64,000 nt of DNA from Syncephalis fuscata S228 (GCA_025786725.1 JAHLTZ010000019.1:411083-475082); one strand, 5' to 3'; positions 1-12,503 are shown, numbered from the stretch's first letter. Numbers and translations: made by a program. The notes: generated by a model from the letters alone, not told the origin.

Positions 1-82
1 CGCCCGCTACCGTGAGACATGGTGCCAATACGAGTAGCACTGGTAGGATGTAGTCGACAAGCTGTACAGTGCCTAGTCCCAT
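1..82 (-). CDS. Possible 5' end of a gene running off the window (MGLGTVQLVDYILPVLLVLAPCLTVAG..., hydrophobic N-terminus)
   Basis: Minus-strand ATG at 82 with an open frame to the window edge; higher GC than the AT-rich 120-600 region; signal-anchor-like peptide. Too short to identify. Confidence 0.35.
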   Translation of the reverse strand, partial: MGLGTVQLVDYILPVLLVLAPCLTVAG

Positions 83-600
83 ATTGTAGTTTCTCTTCCC
101 TCCTATACAAATAGTAATGACAAATATAGTTGGAAAGAAATAGAAGAAGTAGAAAGAGTGAACCGAGTACTAAGAAGATAACTATAGAAAGAAGGATCAA
201 CGGTCACACGATGTTCTACGTAAAAGTGTTATGCATATTCACACATCGCCATATACATTTTATATTATTAGTAAGAGTAAGTACACACTTGGTTACAATG
301 GTTAATTACCACTTTAATATTTACATATTTGTGTTATTATTTGTTCTATTATATTTACGCTTTGTATTGTGGTTATTGTCATTGTTATTTACATTGGTCT
401 ATTCACTTAATGTACATATAAATGCTTTTTATACTGTTTATCTATTGAATACTCTTTATTATCAACGCCATTGCTATTACTCCTCTTGTCTACAACTCGT
501 GTTACTATGACACACAGGTTCCAATGTTAACAAGGTTATCTGTAAACACGGATCCTATTTATTATACAAATAAATTTGTCTCATTGATGTAGCACATAAT

Positions 601-626
601 ACACACACACACACACACAGACACAC
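601..626. repeat. (CA)n microsatellite
   Basis: acacacacacacacacag acacacgc seen directly. Confidence 0.85.
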
Positions 627-1122
627 GCTCACAAGGTATTTCCTTTTCTTTCTCTTCTACACAAATACTGATTGGCTATTTCTGAATACATTGTTCGTAT
701 TTTGCATCGATTCATCTTCATCTCACCTTCTTCTTTCTGTCCTGCCGTCTATTTTTGTGCATATAGGCACAGATATTCATCGTGTACTTGCTGGGGCGTC
801 ATCTTTACGGAGGACTATCTCTTTTATTAAAGGTAAGCATTCTGGCTGTAGCATTTCATGCCACTATCCACTCGCTTAAACAGTAGACTAACTATCAGTG
901 ATATCAACGGCAATAGTCCTTCTGGAGTGAACTAATGTTGGATCCTGGCTAATAAACCGTGGTTTGCCTGCAGTGAACAAGATTGTTATTGTTCACCGGT
1001 GCAGTATATAGCCAGAGTTTATCTCTACTGTTGTTTTCCCCTTCCTTTAACGCTTATCTGTGTTTGTTTGTCGTCAAGATCGGTCGTAAATATCGATTGA
1101 CTGATTGGTTAGCCGTTCTAAT

Positions 1123-2349
1123 ATGGCCGATTCCAAGCTAGATACAATAATACCCGATATGGTAGAAACGATGCCTTCACGCCAATCCACAGATCTGTCT
1201 GCTTTATCTGCTAGTGCTGCCGCTACCAAGCTAGCATCACCAACCTTGGTGTCGAGTCCGGCATCGCCTACAACTATTACAACGCCAGTGGTGGCCAGCG
1301 GGTCAAATGTCGGCGGGTCAGGCGTGGCTAGCAACAATTTGCCGACCACCGCCACACAGCGTGTAACGCGTCCACCACAGGCCGGCGTAAAGACATCACT
1401 ACCTGCCGGGTGGGGTGCGCCAACGATGCCTACTAGTCGTGCTGTATCACCAAATGGTACCCCTAACAATCAATCACCTCATCTTAATGGCACTTCATTG
1501 ACATTGATGGCGAATAGAAAAAGCTTTGTAGGTGATGGCCGTACGGCTACTGCAATTGCACCACGCACGCTAAACGGTTTACAGAATCAACAGCAACAGC
1601 CATATACATCTACGGCAGCCAATGGTCATTCTTCTACATCGCTTCCGCGCTATAACACGCCGAATACGATGTCTTCTCCAGGCCTAACTTCTAACATGGG
1701 CCTTATTAATCCGCCATCGCTTGTTACATTTGGTTCACTGCGTATTCTAATCGCTGATGCGCCATCTGATCATACATTGCCTCTTTATGCAAAGGTAATG
1801 TCGCAAATCAAATACAAAGCTATAGCTATTAACAATTGTTATTGTTGTTATTATTATTTAGGAGTTTCAACGCTATAGTGTAACAGATGTTGTTCGTGTT
1901 TGCGATCCAACTTATCGCCGAGCTCGTTTGGAACAATTAGGCTATCGTGTACACGATTGGCCATTTGATGACGGTGATCCGCCACCAGATACCATTATTG
2001 AAAGTTGGCTAGCACTATTGGATGAAACCTTTGGTGAAGAGCTGCCTACACCACGTAAAGAAAAGGAAAATATTGTTCCTAGCCAAGAACGATGCGTGGC
2101 TATCCATTGTGTGGCCGGACTAGGACGGTAAGTAGTTACTAAATGTATGTATTTGTAATCAAAGCTAATAAATGGTATGCTACTAGAGCACCAGTCTTGG
2201 TGGCAATCGCCCTTATTGAACAAGGTATGTCACCATTAGACAGTGTTGCTTATGTACGAGAACGACGTCGTGGTGCTATTAATCAGCGACAGTTACGCTA
2301 CGTAGAGCGTTATCGACGACGGGCTCGTAAAGGATGCATTATTTGCTAG
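1123..2349 (+). CDS. PTP4A: PRL/PTP4A-type prenylated protein tyrosine phosphatase with a long S/T/P-rich N-terminal extension; 3 exons (1123-1794, 1862-2127, 2187-2349)
   Basis: Spliced product contains [19 protein letters not shown], the P-loop [20 protein letters not shown], a polybasic tail and C-terminal CAAX (CIIC). Both GT-AG introns preserve frame. Confidence 0.92.
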
Positions 2350-2482
2350 TTATTAGTACCATTTTATTCAATACTATTAAATAAAATTATTTAATACGAT
2401 AAAACAAGTAATTTATTATTACAAAGAGATCGTTCGTTCATTTAACCATCATTCAGCTGTTCTTTCAACGACGCCCCACAGC

Positions 2483-2818
2483 TTATATTTTAAATCCTAA
2501 AGCGCGTAAACATGCTTTATGTGCTTCAATCTCCTTACTACACGCTTGTTCGTCTCCGGTACGTAACATACATTCATCGCGTAGCTTTTTTGTATCTGGA
2601 CAGGAACAGCATGGCTTCAATGGTTTGCCATCCTTATCTAATGGCCGACCCGTTTCTGGGTCACGAAGAATAGCTGTGGCGGTAATTGTAGCAGAATTAC
2701 GGTCATGGGATGTAGTAGATTCGTTGGTCGATGGCAATAGCGGCTTTAAGTTGTTTACTTTAGCGTTCAAAGTAGTTGCCGGTTCCACACTGGCTGCTTT
2801 AACTGAAGATTGGCCCAT
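2483..2818 (-). CDS. COX17: Mitochondrial copper chaperone Cox17 with N-terminal extension
   Basis: [19 protein letters not shown]...C...[15 protein letters not shown] (CCxC plus twin CX9C). Confidence 0.93.
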   Translation of the reverse strand: MGQSSVKAASVEPATTLNAKVNNLKPLLPSTNESTTSHDRNSATITATAILRDPETGRPLDKDGKPLKPCCSCPDTKKLRDECMLRTGDEQACSKEIEAHKACLRALGFKI

Positions 2819-3814
2819 AGTTAGTTGGGAGGAATGCTAGATTTGTTGGACGAAAAGTAAAAGAAGAGAAAGAGTGTCGTAATGACTGGTTACACGAGAT
2901 TGAGCAAATTAATGTCGGGAGATATCGGACACCATTTAGTTCTGTATTACAGCGCCACCATTCTTTTTGCTAGCCACTAATGCTATAATGTTACTTTATA
3001 CATGATTATAACTGCTAGATAATAAGTTTGTGATTTTTGTTTATCTGCTACTATTGTAACTGTTCTACTATATAGATTTAAAGGTATGGTATTAGTATTA
3101 TTGCTTATATGTATGTTAATATAATTTGATTTGAATAATAAAGGTTTTATTAGAAGAAAGCAAGTTTAACAAATATTAGCAAAATAAGTAATAAATGATA
3201 TCATATCATTATCGCTGTCATACAGTCTATTTTATTTACCATAATAATGTCATTTAATTATTCATTAATTATTCATTGTATTGTACATTATTCTATCATT
3301 TATTGCTTAAATACCATTGATAAACGTTATTTGTTTATTATTGATTGTGTTTGTTATAATTGTTAATCCATTTTGTCATTTTGATTACTCAATCATAAAA
3401 CTATAGCTCTACCATTAGTATTAGTAGTATTACTATTATTCATTTTACTCTATTTTATGCTTTATTAACTAGTCTCTATTAATAAAAGTTATTTGTTACC
3501 ACTAATTATATTATTTCTAATGTCAATTCGGTTCATCTAAACATGTGTGTCATTATTTTACTAGTAAAATAGTGATTATAATAAATAGTTAAATAAAAAC
3601 TAATAAAAGTTAATTGATCACCAAAAATAAAACACTATTTTAGAACATATTAATAATTTACTAATGATTGTATTTGTGTATAACAATTAATTTACACAAC
3701 ATATCAACCACTACACACATCATCATTACCGTCATTTATTGGTATTACTATCAGTATTAGTATTGTCATCATCTTCGTTACTATCATCTAGGCAATTATT
3801 GTAAACATTTCATC

Positions 3815-5172
3815 ATGAAGAAAAAGGTACGTTATAGCTAGAGATGATAGAACAATACAACAACTATAGTAGGTGCTATTGATGGGCAAGAGCGGTGCCG
3901 GCAAGACGTCAATGCGGTCGATTATATTTTCCAACTATATTGCCCGTGATACGCGTCGTCTAGGAGCTACTTGTAGGTGAATGCATAGGCAATTACCAGC
4001 TACACAGCTTGTAACTAATATGGGACTTATTGACAGTGGATGTAGAGCACTCGCATGTAAGATTCCTTGGCAATCTTGTGCTTAATCTATGGGACTGTGG
4101 TGGGTAAGTAATATACAGGCTATTAGTAAAAGAGTGTAAAAATAAGCGTTAGTATTAATCAGTGTGTAGACAAGAAACATTTATGGAAAACTATTTTGTC
4201 AGTCAACGCGACCATATCTTTCGTAATGTTGAAGTGCTTATCTATGTATTTGACGTGGAAAACTGTGATGACCGCGACATGCACTATTATCAAAGCTGTC
4301 TAGAGGCGATCATGACACATTCAAAACATGCAAAAATATTCTGTCTCGTGCACAAAATGGACTTGGTACCGGAAGAAATGCGTAGCCAAGTATTTCAAGA
4401 GCGTTTAGATGAACTGCGTACCCGCTCAGAGCCATTGGAAATTACAGCATTTGCTACAACCATTTGGGATGAATCATTATTTAAAGTAAGTTTATATAAT
4501 AATAGTAACAATAATAGCACGATAGCATAACAATCATTCTATTTTATTAATAATTATAGGCCTGGTCATCTATTGTTTATACATTGGTGCCAAATGTTAA
4601 TTTATTGGCATCGCATTTGAATAAGTTTTGTCGTGTTTGTGATGCTGACGAGGTTGTACTGTTTGAACGAGCAACTTTTCTAGTCATAGCACATGCATCG
4701 CAACGGCCTCATGCAGACCATGCTCGCTTTGAAAAGATTAGCAGTATTATCAAACAGTTTAAACTAAGTTGCACGTAAGTAATAGAGTATATGATGCAAA
4801 TTACATTTAAAACTATCTTTATCTAATATTGTTTATATGTGAATACACAGTAAGTTACAGACGCAATTTAAAAGTATGGAGATTCGTAAAGATGGATTTA
4901 CAGCGTTTATCGATGCACTGACAAGCAATACGTATGTTATGGTGATTATGTCGGACCCAACAATTGGTAAGTGTGGCCTATAGTTGTAGTAGATGGCAAT
5001 AGTGCTAGGCACACGACAATTGTCTGTGCACACACATAAACACCAATGAACGAACAAATTCACTGATGACTGGTATATATTTCGCACAAATATAGAATCG
5101 GCAGCTACTCAAATGAACATTGCCGTGGCTCGACGTCATTTTGAAAAATTAGAAGCCTCATCCGGCGTCTAA
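3815..5172 (+). CDS. GTR1: Rag A/B-type small GTPase (TORC1 activator), multi-exon
   Basis: MKKK|[76 protein letters not shown]; short GT-AG introns. Confidence 0.95.
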
Positions 5173-5379
5173 TAAACAAAATAGGCATTAGTTTTATACC
5201 CATTTATTCATTCTTTTATTTCATTTGCTCGTTCGTCGTTTGTTCGTGCATTGTTTATAAATACATTTAGCAGCTATGATACACTAGACTAGACTCGATT
5301 GTACACTTTATTTCCATGGCCAGTGCATGGCGTGGGTAATTTATACAGAAAAAAAGAGAAAATTTCTTTCTTTTCCACC

Positions 5380-5540
5380 TTATGATTGGATCTCCGCTAT
5401 GGGCGGTGATTGGCCTAATGTAAAACTGTGATAGTTTAGCCAATGGCCGAGAACTGGCGTTGGGTGGTATAAAGGACGAGCTGTCCACCCGTGCCCACAA
5501 GCTCTTGCTTCTTCCCTTCGTTTCATTCACTCTTCGAAGT
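5380..5540 (+). promoter_or_regulatory. TEF1 core promoter: CCAAT boxes, TATA box (5468) and pyrimidine-rich start region
   Basis: GATTGG near 5384 and 5408, AGCCAAT near 5438, TATAAAG at 5468, CTCTTGCTTCTTCCCTTC from 5502. Confidence 0.6.
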
Positions 5541-5582
5541 AGCACTCTCACATATATCTACGCTTGTAGTTAGTATCATCAG

Positions 5583-6046
5583 GTGTGTAATTGTCTATTG
5601 CTTGTTTTGCGTACTTGCGTGTGTGTATATGCATGTATACTGGATCTGTATGTTTGTATGAATCAGTATTTGCTGTTTATACGGATGTATGCATAGATGG
5701 ATGGATGGATGGATAGATGAACGTATATACGACTGTGATATGCTATCATCGGTGTTTTACGTAGATGGCTTGCAAATAAGCAAGCTATTAATGTGAAATA
5801 CAGACAGATAGCATATAGACAACATATGCATTTATTTACTCATTAGGCAGTCTATTCATGAGCATATGTGCAAATTTACTAGCATATAGGCAGATCTACT
5901 AGTATATGTGCAAATTTACTGGCATATGCAGATCTGCCAGTAATGTGCAAGTTTACTGACATGTACATTCTAGTATATATGCAGTGTAGCATATATAGTC
6001 ATTTTTACTAGCATTTACTAATCTGCATTTGTTTGTTATTATTTAG
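5583..6046 (+). other. Probable 5'-UTR intron of TEF1 (about 464 nt, unusually long for this window)
   Basis: AG|GTGTGT donor at 5583; TACTAAT branch near 6016; TTTAG acceptor 2 nt before the ATG at 6049. Confidence 0.6.
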
Positions 6047-6048
6047 CC

Positions 6049-7428
6049 ATGGGTAAAGATAAGACTCACGTTAACGTCGTCGTCATCGGTCACGTCGACT
6101 CCGGCAAGTCGACCACTACCGGTCACTTGATCTACAAGTGCGGTGGTATTGACAAGCGTACCATTGAGAAGTTCGAGAAGGAAGCCGCCGAGTTGGGCAA
6201 GGGTTCTTTCAAGTATGCCTGGGTATTGGACAAGCTTAAGGCCGAGCGTGAGCGTGGTATCACCATTGATATTGCTCTCTGGAAGTTCGAGACCCCTAAG
6301 TACAACGTCACTGTCATTGACGCCCCAGGACATCGTGATTTCATCAAGAACATGATTACCGGTACCTCCCAAGCCGATTGCGCTATTCTCATCATTGCCG
6401 CCGGTACTGGTGAATTTGAAGCTGGTATCTCCAAGGATGGTCAAACCCGTGAACACGCTTTGCTCGCTTTCACCCTTGGTGTCAAACAGCTCATTGTTGC
6501 CATCAACAAGATGGACACTGCCAAGTGGTCCGAAGACCGTTACAATGAAATCGTCAAGGAAACTTCCGGTTTCATCAAGAAGGTCGGTTACAATCCAAAG
6601 GCCGTCGCATTCGTCCCAATCTCTGGCTGGCACGGCGACAACATGTTGGAAGCCTCCGAGAACATGGGATGGTTCAAGGGATGGAAGAAGGAGACCAAGG
6701 CTGGTGAGAAGAGCGGTAAGACCCTTCTCGATGCCATTGATCACATCGAACCACCAACCCGTCCAACCGACCGTCCTCTCCGTCTTCCACTCCAGGACGT
6801 CTACAAGATTGGCGGTATCGGTACCGTGCCAGTCGGTCGTGTCGAAACCGGTATCATCAAGGCCGGTATGGTTGTAACTTTTGCTCCAGCCAACGTCACC
6901 ACTGAAGTCAAGTCCGTTGAAATGCATCACGAACAGCTCGTCGAAGGTGTCCCCGGTGACAACGTCGGTTTCAACGTCAAGAACGTCTCCGTCAAGGATA
7001 TCCGTCGTGGTAATGTTTGCTCTGACTCCAAGAACGACCCAGCCAAGGAAGCCGGTTCCTTCACCGCCCAGGTTATTGTCTTGAACCACCCTGGTCAGAT
7101 CGGTGCTGGCTACTCTCCAGTTTTGGATTGCCACACCGCTCACATTGCCTGCAAGTTCGAACAATTGATTGAGAAGATCGATCGTCGTTCCGGCAAGTCC
7201 CTTGAAAACGACCCAAAGTTTGTCAAGTCTGGTGATGCCGCTATCGTCAAGATGGTTCCATCCAAGCCAATGTGCGTTGAGTCCTTCCAGGAATACGCTC
7301 CTCTCGGTCGTTTCGCCGTCCGTGATATGCGTCAAACCGTTGCCGTCGGTGTCATCAAGTCCGTCGAGAAGGTTGACAAGGCTGGCAAGACTACCAAGTC
7401 TGCTGCTAAGGCTGGTGGCAAGAAATAA
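6049..7428 (+). CDS. TEF1: Translation elongation factor 1-alpha (459 aa, no introns in the CDS)
   Basis: [23 protein letters not shown]...; full-length eEF1A with strong C/T-ending codon bias. Confidence 0.99.
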   Translation: MGKDKTHVNVVVIGHVDSGKSTTTGHLIYKCGGIDKRTIEKFEKEAAELGKGSFKYAWVLDKLKAERERGITIDIALWKFETPKYNVTVIDAPGHRDFIKNMITGTSQADCAILIIAAGTGEFEAGISKDGQTREHALLAFTLGVKQLIVAINKMDTAKWSEDRYNEIVKETSGFIKKVGYNPKAVAFVPISGWHGDNMLEASENMGWFKGWKKETKAGEKSGKTLLDAIDHIEPPTRPTDRPLRLPLQDVYKIGGIGTVPVGRVETGIIKAGMVVTFAPANVTTEVKSVEMHHEQLVEGVPGDNVGFNVKNVSVKDIRRGNVCSDSKNDPAKEAGSFTAQVIVLNHPGQIGAGYSPVLDCHTAHIACKFEQLIEKIDRRSGKSLENDPKFVKSGDAAIVKMVPSKPMCVESFQEYAPLGRFAVRDMRQTVAVGVIKSVEKVDKAGKTTKSAAKAGGKK

Positions 7429-7963
7429 ACATCTTGCTTTGTTTTGTCTCTATGTCATTACTGTTCGTCTTTCTGCCTTCTTGTTTTTTTTCTCTGTTGA
7501 TGTGTGACTACTCTACGCGTACATACTTGTTTGCGAGTGTTGTCTGTATCGTGGATTGCAAAACGTGTTGCAGTAATGGCGGTAGTTGTTTAAAGGTTAG
7601 CTTTAATCGTCGTAGCGCCTTTTTGTCGACGTATTTTTAAGCCTTTGTTTAAATACATTCCGCTACTCTTTAATTAACGTGTGCAAAATGATATTCTATT
7701 GGTATAATGTTGTTAATGTTTTATTGTGTACAAATTGGATTAATGGTAAATAAGTTGGTATTTATTATTACAATTGTTATTAATATCAATATTAGTACAT
7801 GTTATTATAGTTGCATTTCATTAGTACTATTGTTATAATTATAGCATTTTTATTACTGCTAACTACTATTAATTTTTGATTAATATTTTATATTATTGCT
7901 ATTTTTTATTCGCGCTTTGATTCCTCCGACTGTCGTAGACCATTAGTCGACACGCGTACCACT

Positions 7964-8991
7964 ATGTCGTTACGTCCAACAGCCACAGCGCTATTTGGCC
8001 AACTATTACGCACAGGTTGTTACCGTCAGGTAGGTATATAGTGAAATTAGCATACTAAACAGTAGGATCTAATCATTTTAACGATAGATCGCAGGTGCGG
8101 CTACGGCAAACCATGCAATGGGGGCGCGCTTTTTGGCGACTGTTGCTGAAGCAACTGATCGCGAAGATAATGCAGTAGTACCAGAACTTGCGGTAGATTC
8201 TACTGAAGTTATGAGATTAGCACTTGTCGAAGCAGCGGCAAAACTTGCACCGCGTTATGAAGCAATACGCGCTAATCCATTTCCACCTAAAGTACAGGCC
8301 TGGATCCATGAATTCCAAACGGCTCGTCCTTACACAATTGAAAAGCTAAATGCACGAATCTTTTCGGCACCACTACGTGTCGATCTTATGCATCGTGCCG
8401 TCATATGGCAACGCGATGGTATGCGTCAAGGCACGCATTCAACAAAAGGTATTAGCGATATTCGTGGTACAACACGAAAAGCTGCACCACAAAAAGGTGG
8501 TGGTCGTGCGCGTGTTGGCACATATCGTGCTCCACAATTCCGAGGTGGTAAGTTAATACACTTTAATTAAAAAAGTTAATAATAATAATAATAATAATTT
8601 TATTATAGGTGCAACGGTGTTTGGTCCACAGCCACGCGATCATAGTACAAAACTACAGCATAAGGTACAATTGGCCGCTTTGCGATCAGCATTATCAACA
8701 AAATATATGCAGGATGAATTGATACTTGTTGATGCACTACAGTTAAATACGCACAAAACACGCGAATTTGTCGATCTTATCCAGCGACACAACTGGTCAA
8801 ACAGATCAGTTTTATTAACCACTGGTCGTGCAGATATTGATAAGAATTTGACCGCTGCATCTAAAAATCTACAAGCAGTGACGTGCACACTGGCCGACGA
8901 TCTTGATGTCTATCGTATGCTACAAAATGATCTACTTGTTCTGGATCGAACGGCAGTACGCGCACTTGAATCAAAGTTACAAGTGGATTAA
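7964..8991 (+). CDS. MRPL4: Mitochondrial ribosomal protein uL4m, 3 exons
   Basis: Arg-rich presequence; RQGTHSTKGISDIRGTTRKAAPQKGGGRARVG...RAPQFRGG|ATVFGPQPRD, the L4 signature. Confidence 0.92.
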
Positions 8992-9022
8992 GTCATTTAT
9001 TAACAATAAATCAAATAGCTAT

Positions 9023-11160
9023 CTAATCCCTATATCTATGTGATCGATGACGATGACGTGAAGGTGATCGGCTTGAATGCCTATCAGACGTGCGTCTACT
9101 TGTACTTGATCTAGTTCTTTTAGTAGACCGACTTGGTAGTGCATCCGTTGTTGAATGATAAGAACGAGATGTAGATGCTGTTGGTAATGTAGACGTTGAC
9201 GTTGAAGTTATAGCCGTACTAGCTGTTAAATACTCATTTAATGATTTGTTTCTAGTGTTCTTATTAGTATTTGGATTTCTATAAAAATGTAATAATTGGC
9301 ATTGACTTTCTCCTTTAGCACATCCACCTGTTCGTTCATAACTGCCTATATATTATAAATACGCAATATAAACTATAAATACATTAATTGTAGATTCTAT
9401 TATATGCCACATACCACAAATAGCCTCTTGCCAACTAGTTAAATGTATCAATTCAGGAAATAATCGCTTGCCAGCATACCAGCGACCGCGTAATTGCCGA
9501 ACAGCACGGGCAGCATCTTCTTCCTCGTTATATTCGATATAGACATTACCGCGTAGATGGTCTACTTCATTGCGGCACACCTAAATGATTAAAAATTAAA
9601 TTAATAAAAGTGAAAATACTGGTTATTACTAGTAATTTGCCTTAAAGTGCTTTATAGTGCCGTATTTAACCAGCTCTGACATAATATCCGTATAAAAGTT
9701 TAGATAACGTTCTTCTTCTTCATCGTCGTCGTGCTATAAACAAATAAATAGTGTTAAGGTTATAGACATGCATATATAAATATATATATAAGGTTATTAA
9801 CAAAGTATATCAATAGCACTTCAAGGGATACAATAGCCAGCACCGTTATCTGACTCTGATAATAAACTGCTTGTCATACTGCGTTGCCGGCCATCAATGG
9901 ATTTCTAAAATGGCAGCGCGACTCACCTCAAGAGCGTCGTCAAGGTCGGCCGGTAGAATACGTCTTTGTGGAGCAAATAGGCCGCGTAACAGTAATCGTT
10001 TTGAAGATGGTGGTGGTGGTGGATGACGTAAATTACATTGAAAGCCCAATCGACAAGCAGCTGTTTTAGTATACCATGGACATAATGCCTAATACAATTA
10101 TATATATATATATATATATATTAGCATTAACGCCATATTAACGTAGCTATTTAACCACTTACCGTTGATGATTCAATCGCCATTGCTTCATTTGACATTG
10201 TCTCTAAGGCTGTTGCTACTGCTACTGCTGTACTTGACACGTTGGTCGGCAAATTAACACGACCTGGTTCAAATACATTTACTGTTCCTTGTCCACTGGG
10301 TATAATCTGACAGTTGCCATCAGTTAATTGATATATCATTCGTAATATTGATATTGATATTTACCATAGGCTTTGGTATACTTGATGCCATTCGCTGTGT
10401 AATCATACGTGCCAATGTTTGATTCCATTCCATCTAGATTATAATCGATAAATAACTAAACAATTATACATTTTATCTACTACTTACCGCCGCTGTCGCC
10501 TCTTGTTGTTGTCGAGCTTGTTCAGCTTCCCGTCTGGCTTTATTGGCTTGTTCAATCTCTATTTCACGCATCTCCCATTGTTTCTTTTGCCGTTCACTAT
10601 AATTATTAATGAATACATGTAATATTTATAGATAAATACGCCAATACTTACTATTCAGCTTCTGCGTGTTCTTTCTCGATCTCTATTTGTTAAAATAGTT
10701 ACATTAACGATATTTAATTCAGTATATCGTAGTACATACTTTTGATTACTTTTAATGCAGGATTTGCTTCTATTTCTGCTTCCATTTGTTGTTGTCGTTG
10801 TTGTGCGCGTGCCTGTCGTTCAGTAGCCTCCTGGCGTCGCAGATCACGCCGACGAGCTAACTTGGCTGCATGTCGGAATTTGACACGCGATGTCCTTGAA
10901 CAAGCAGTAGTAGCAGCAGCAGCAGTAATAGAATAGTCACCACCACTATTGCTTGCTGTTGGTTGCTGCTTATCAAGTGGCAGTGCCTCTTTGCCAATAG
11001 ATCGTGTCTGCGCAACAGTAGGTAGCGCGCTATAACTATCCTCAATAGTTGCCCCTGTATGGTCAGTTGATATGGACCGAGTCGGTGATTCGGGCGTCCA
11101 TGTTGGTTCCTTAGCTGTCTGACTCAACAACGGTACTTGCTGTTTGTGGGGACTGGTCAT
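9023..11160 (-). CDS. ZRSR2: ZRSR2/Urp-like U2AF35-related splicing factor (coiled coil, CCCH, UHM, CCCH, RS tail), multi-exon
   Basis: CPWYTKTAACRLGFQCNLRH; HLRGNVYIEY...GRWYAGKRL...WQEAICG; N-terminal E/R/Q-rich coiled coil that U2AF1 lacks; RS-rich end. Some exon boundaries are uncertain because of indels. Confidence 0.85.
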
Positions 11161-11250
11161 GACCACAAAGTCAAAGAATAAAAAGTAAAAGTTCGTTGTG
11201 ACAGTTAAACGCAGCTTATTCTAATTCCCTTTATTCTTCTATTTAACATC

Positions 11251-12503
11251 ATGTCGGCTTTATCCAATGGTAATAATCTATCGAATAAAGTTACTGTATT
11301 TGATAAACAGTCGATAACCTGCATTGATAGGACGTTCTCGCGAGTATGACTTGGACGAGCAGGAACTTCATACAGCAGCCGTGACCGAAAGAGATATAGC
11401 TCCTATATCGGCGTATAGCGGTAGTCGACGAGAGTTGATCGACGATGCACCTGTATCGGTTTCTCTAAGTGGTTCGGGAATGTCAACTGTTGAACAGATG
11501 ACTATTGAGGAACAACGGTATGTATTCTACCGAGCAGTAATAGTTTATGCTAACGGTATACAATCGATGCCTAGACAGTTACAAGCATTTGTGCAAGAAT
11601 TAAGTAAACGGCATACAGTTCATCAGAAACGGATGGCGCAACTTCAAAGTGAAATTGAAACAAAAATGCAGCGATTACACGAACAGCAACGCCGTTTGGT
11701 TGAACTGGATAGTGAGGAGCAAGTAAGTAGGCGATAACGATAAAATAATACTAGTATTGATTTATAAATGAATTATAGGACCTACAAGAAGCATTACAGT
11801 TTGCTGTTGAGCGTGGTGTAAGCGATCAACTGGATCAGCTACGAAGTACGCGAATGAATACCGAAAATGCCCAAGATCGACTACAATTTGCCAGTATGAA
11901 GTTAAACGAACGAACCGACTTTCTTGGTCAGAGTCAAACTAAAGTAAGTTGGCATATAATAACTGATATGGTTTATAGACACTAATAACGACATCGTTAT
12001 AATAGGTCGATCAATTTCGGCGTCAATTAGATGTATTGCGAGAAAATAAGCAATATAGAAGTATGATTATACGACAAGCATTGTTGGCTGGTAAATAGGC
12101 AGTTTAACTATGCAATAATATAAAACTAACAACTGATATTATAGGACTTTTATGTATACTTACTGGTGTGGTAGCATGGCTAGTTGGACATATGTGGATG
12201 TCATATTCATTGGTACCAAAAACGCCATCAGTATTGGATAGTACACTATTGTCCAATGATATAGATAAAATCACTACATTGAATAGGGATAAAGTTAGTG
12301 ATGAAAAAACGAATATAATCAATACAGCCGGTAATCATGATAAATCCAATGAACAGGATAGCACCAAGTCTATTAAGACAGAAACTAAACCTCTAATATT
12401 AATAGATCGCTTAATCCCTAAACCACGCTACAACGTGGCAACAACACCTGCAACAACATCTTTATTAAATACACTAAACGCATCGTTTTATTGTTTTGTC
12501 TAG
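11251..12503 (+). CDS. Uncharacterised coiled-coil protein with a single TM helix near the C-terminus, multi-exon
   Basis: ATG at 11251; GT-AG introns; heptad-rich exons (QLQAFVQELSKRH..., DLQEALQ...); TM-like GLLCILTGVVAWLVGHMWM; 3' end uncertain. Confidence 0.6.

Noticed and set aside
130-510. 126-aa hydrophobic ORF
   Set aside because: TTG start, AT-rich intergenic composition, no recognisable motif
640-1122. Magnesium-sensing uORF upstream of PRL, as in mammalian PRL2
   Set aside because: The only short AUG ORFs lie in a probable leader intron starting near 833; no support from sequence alone
6043-7335. 430-aa antisense ORF over TEF1
   Set aside because: Expected by-product of strong codon bias in a highly expressed gene; it mirrors the sense frame and has no independent motifs
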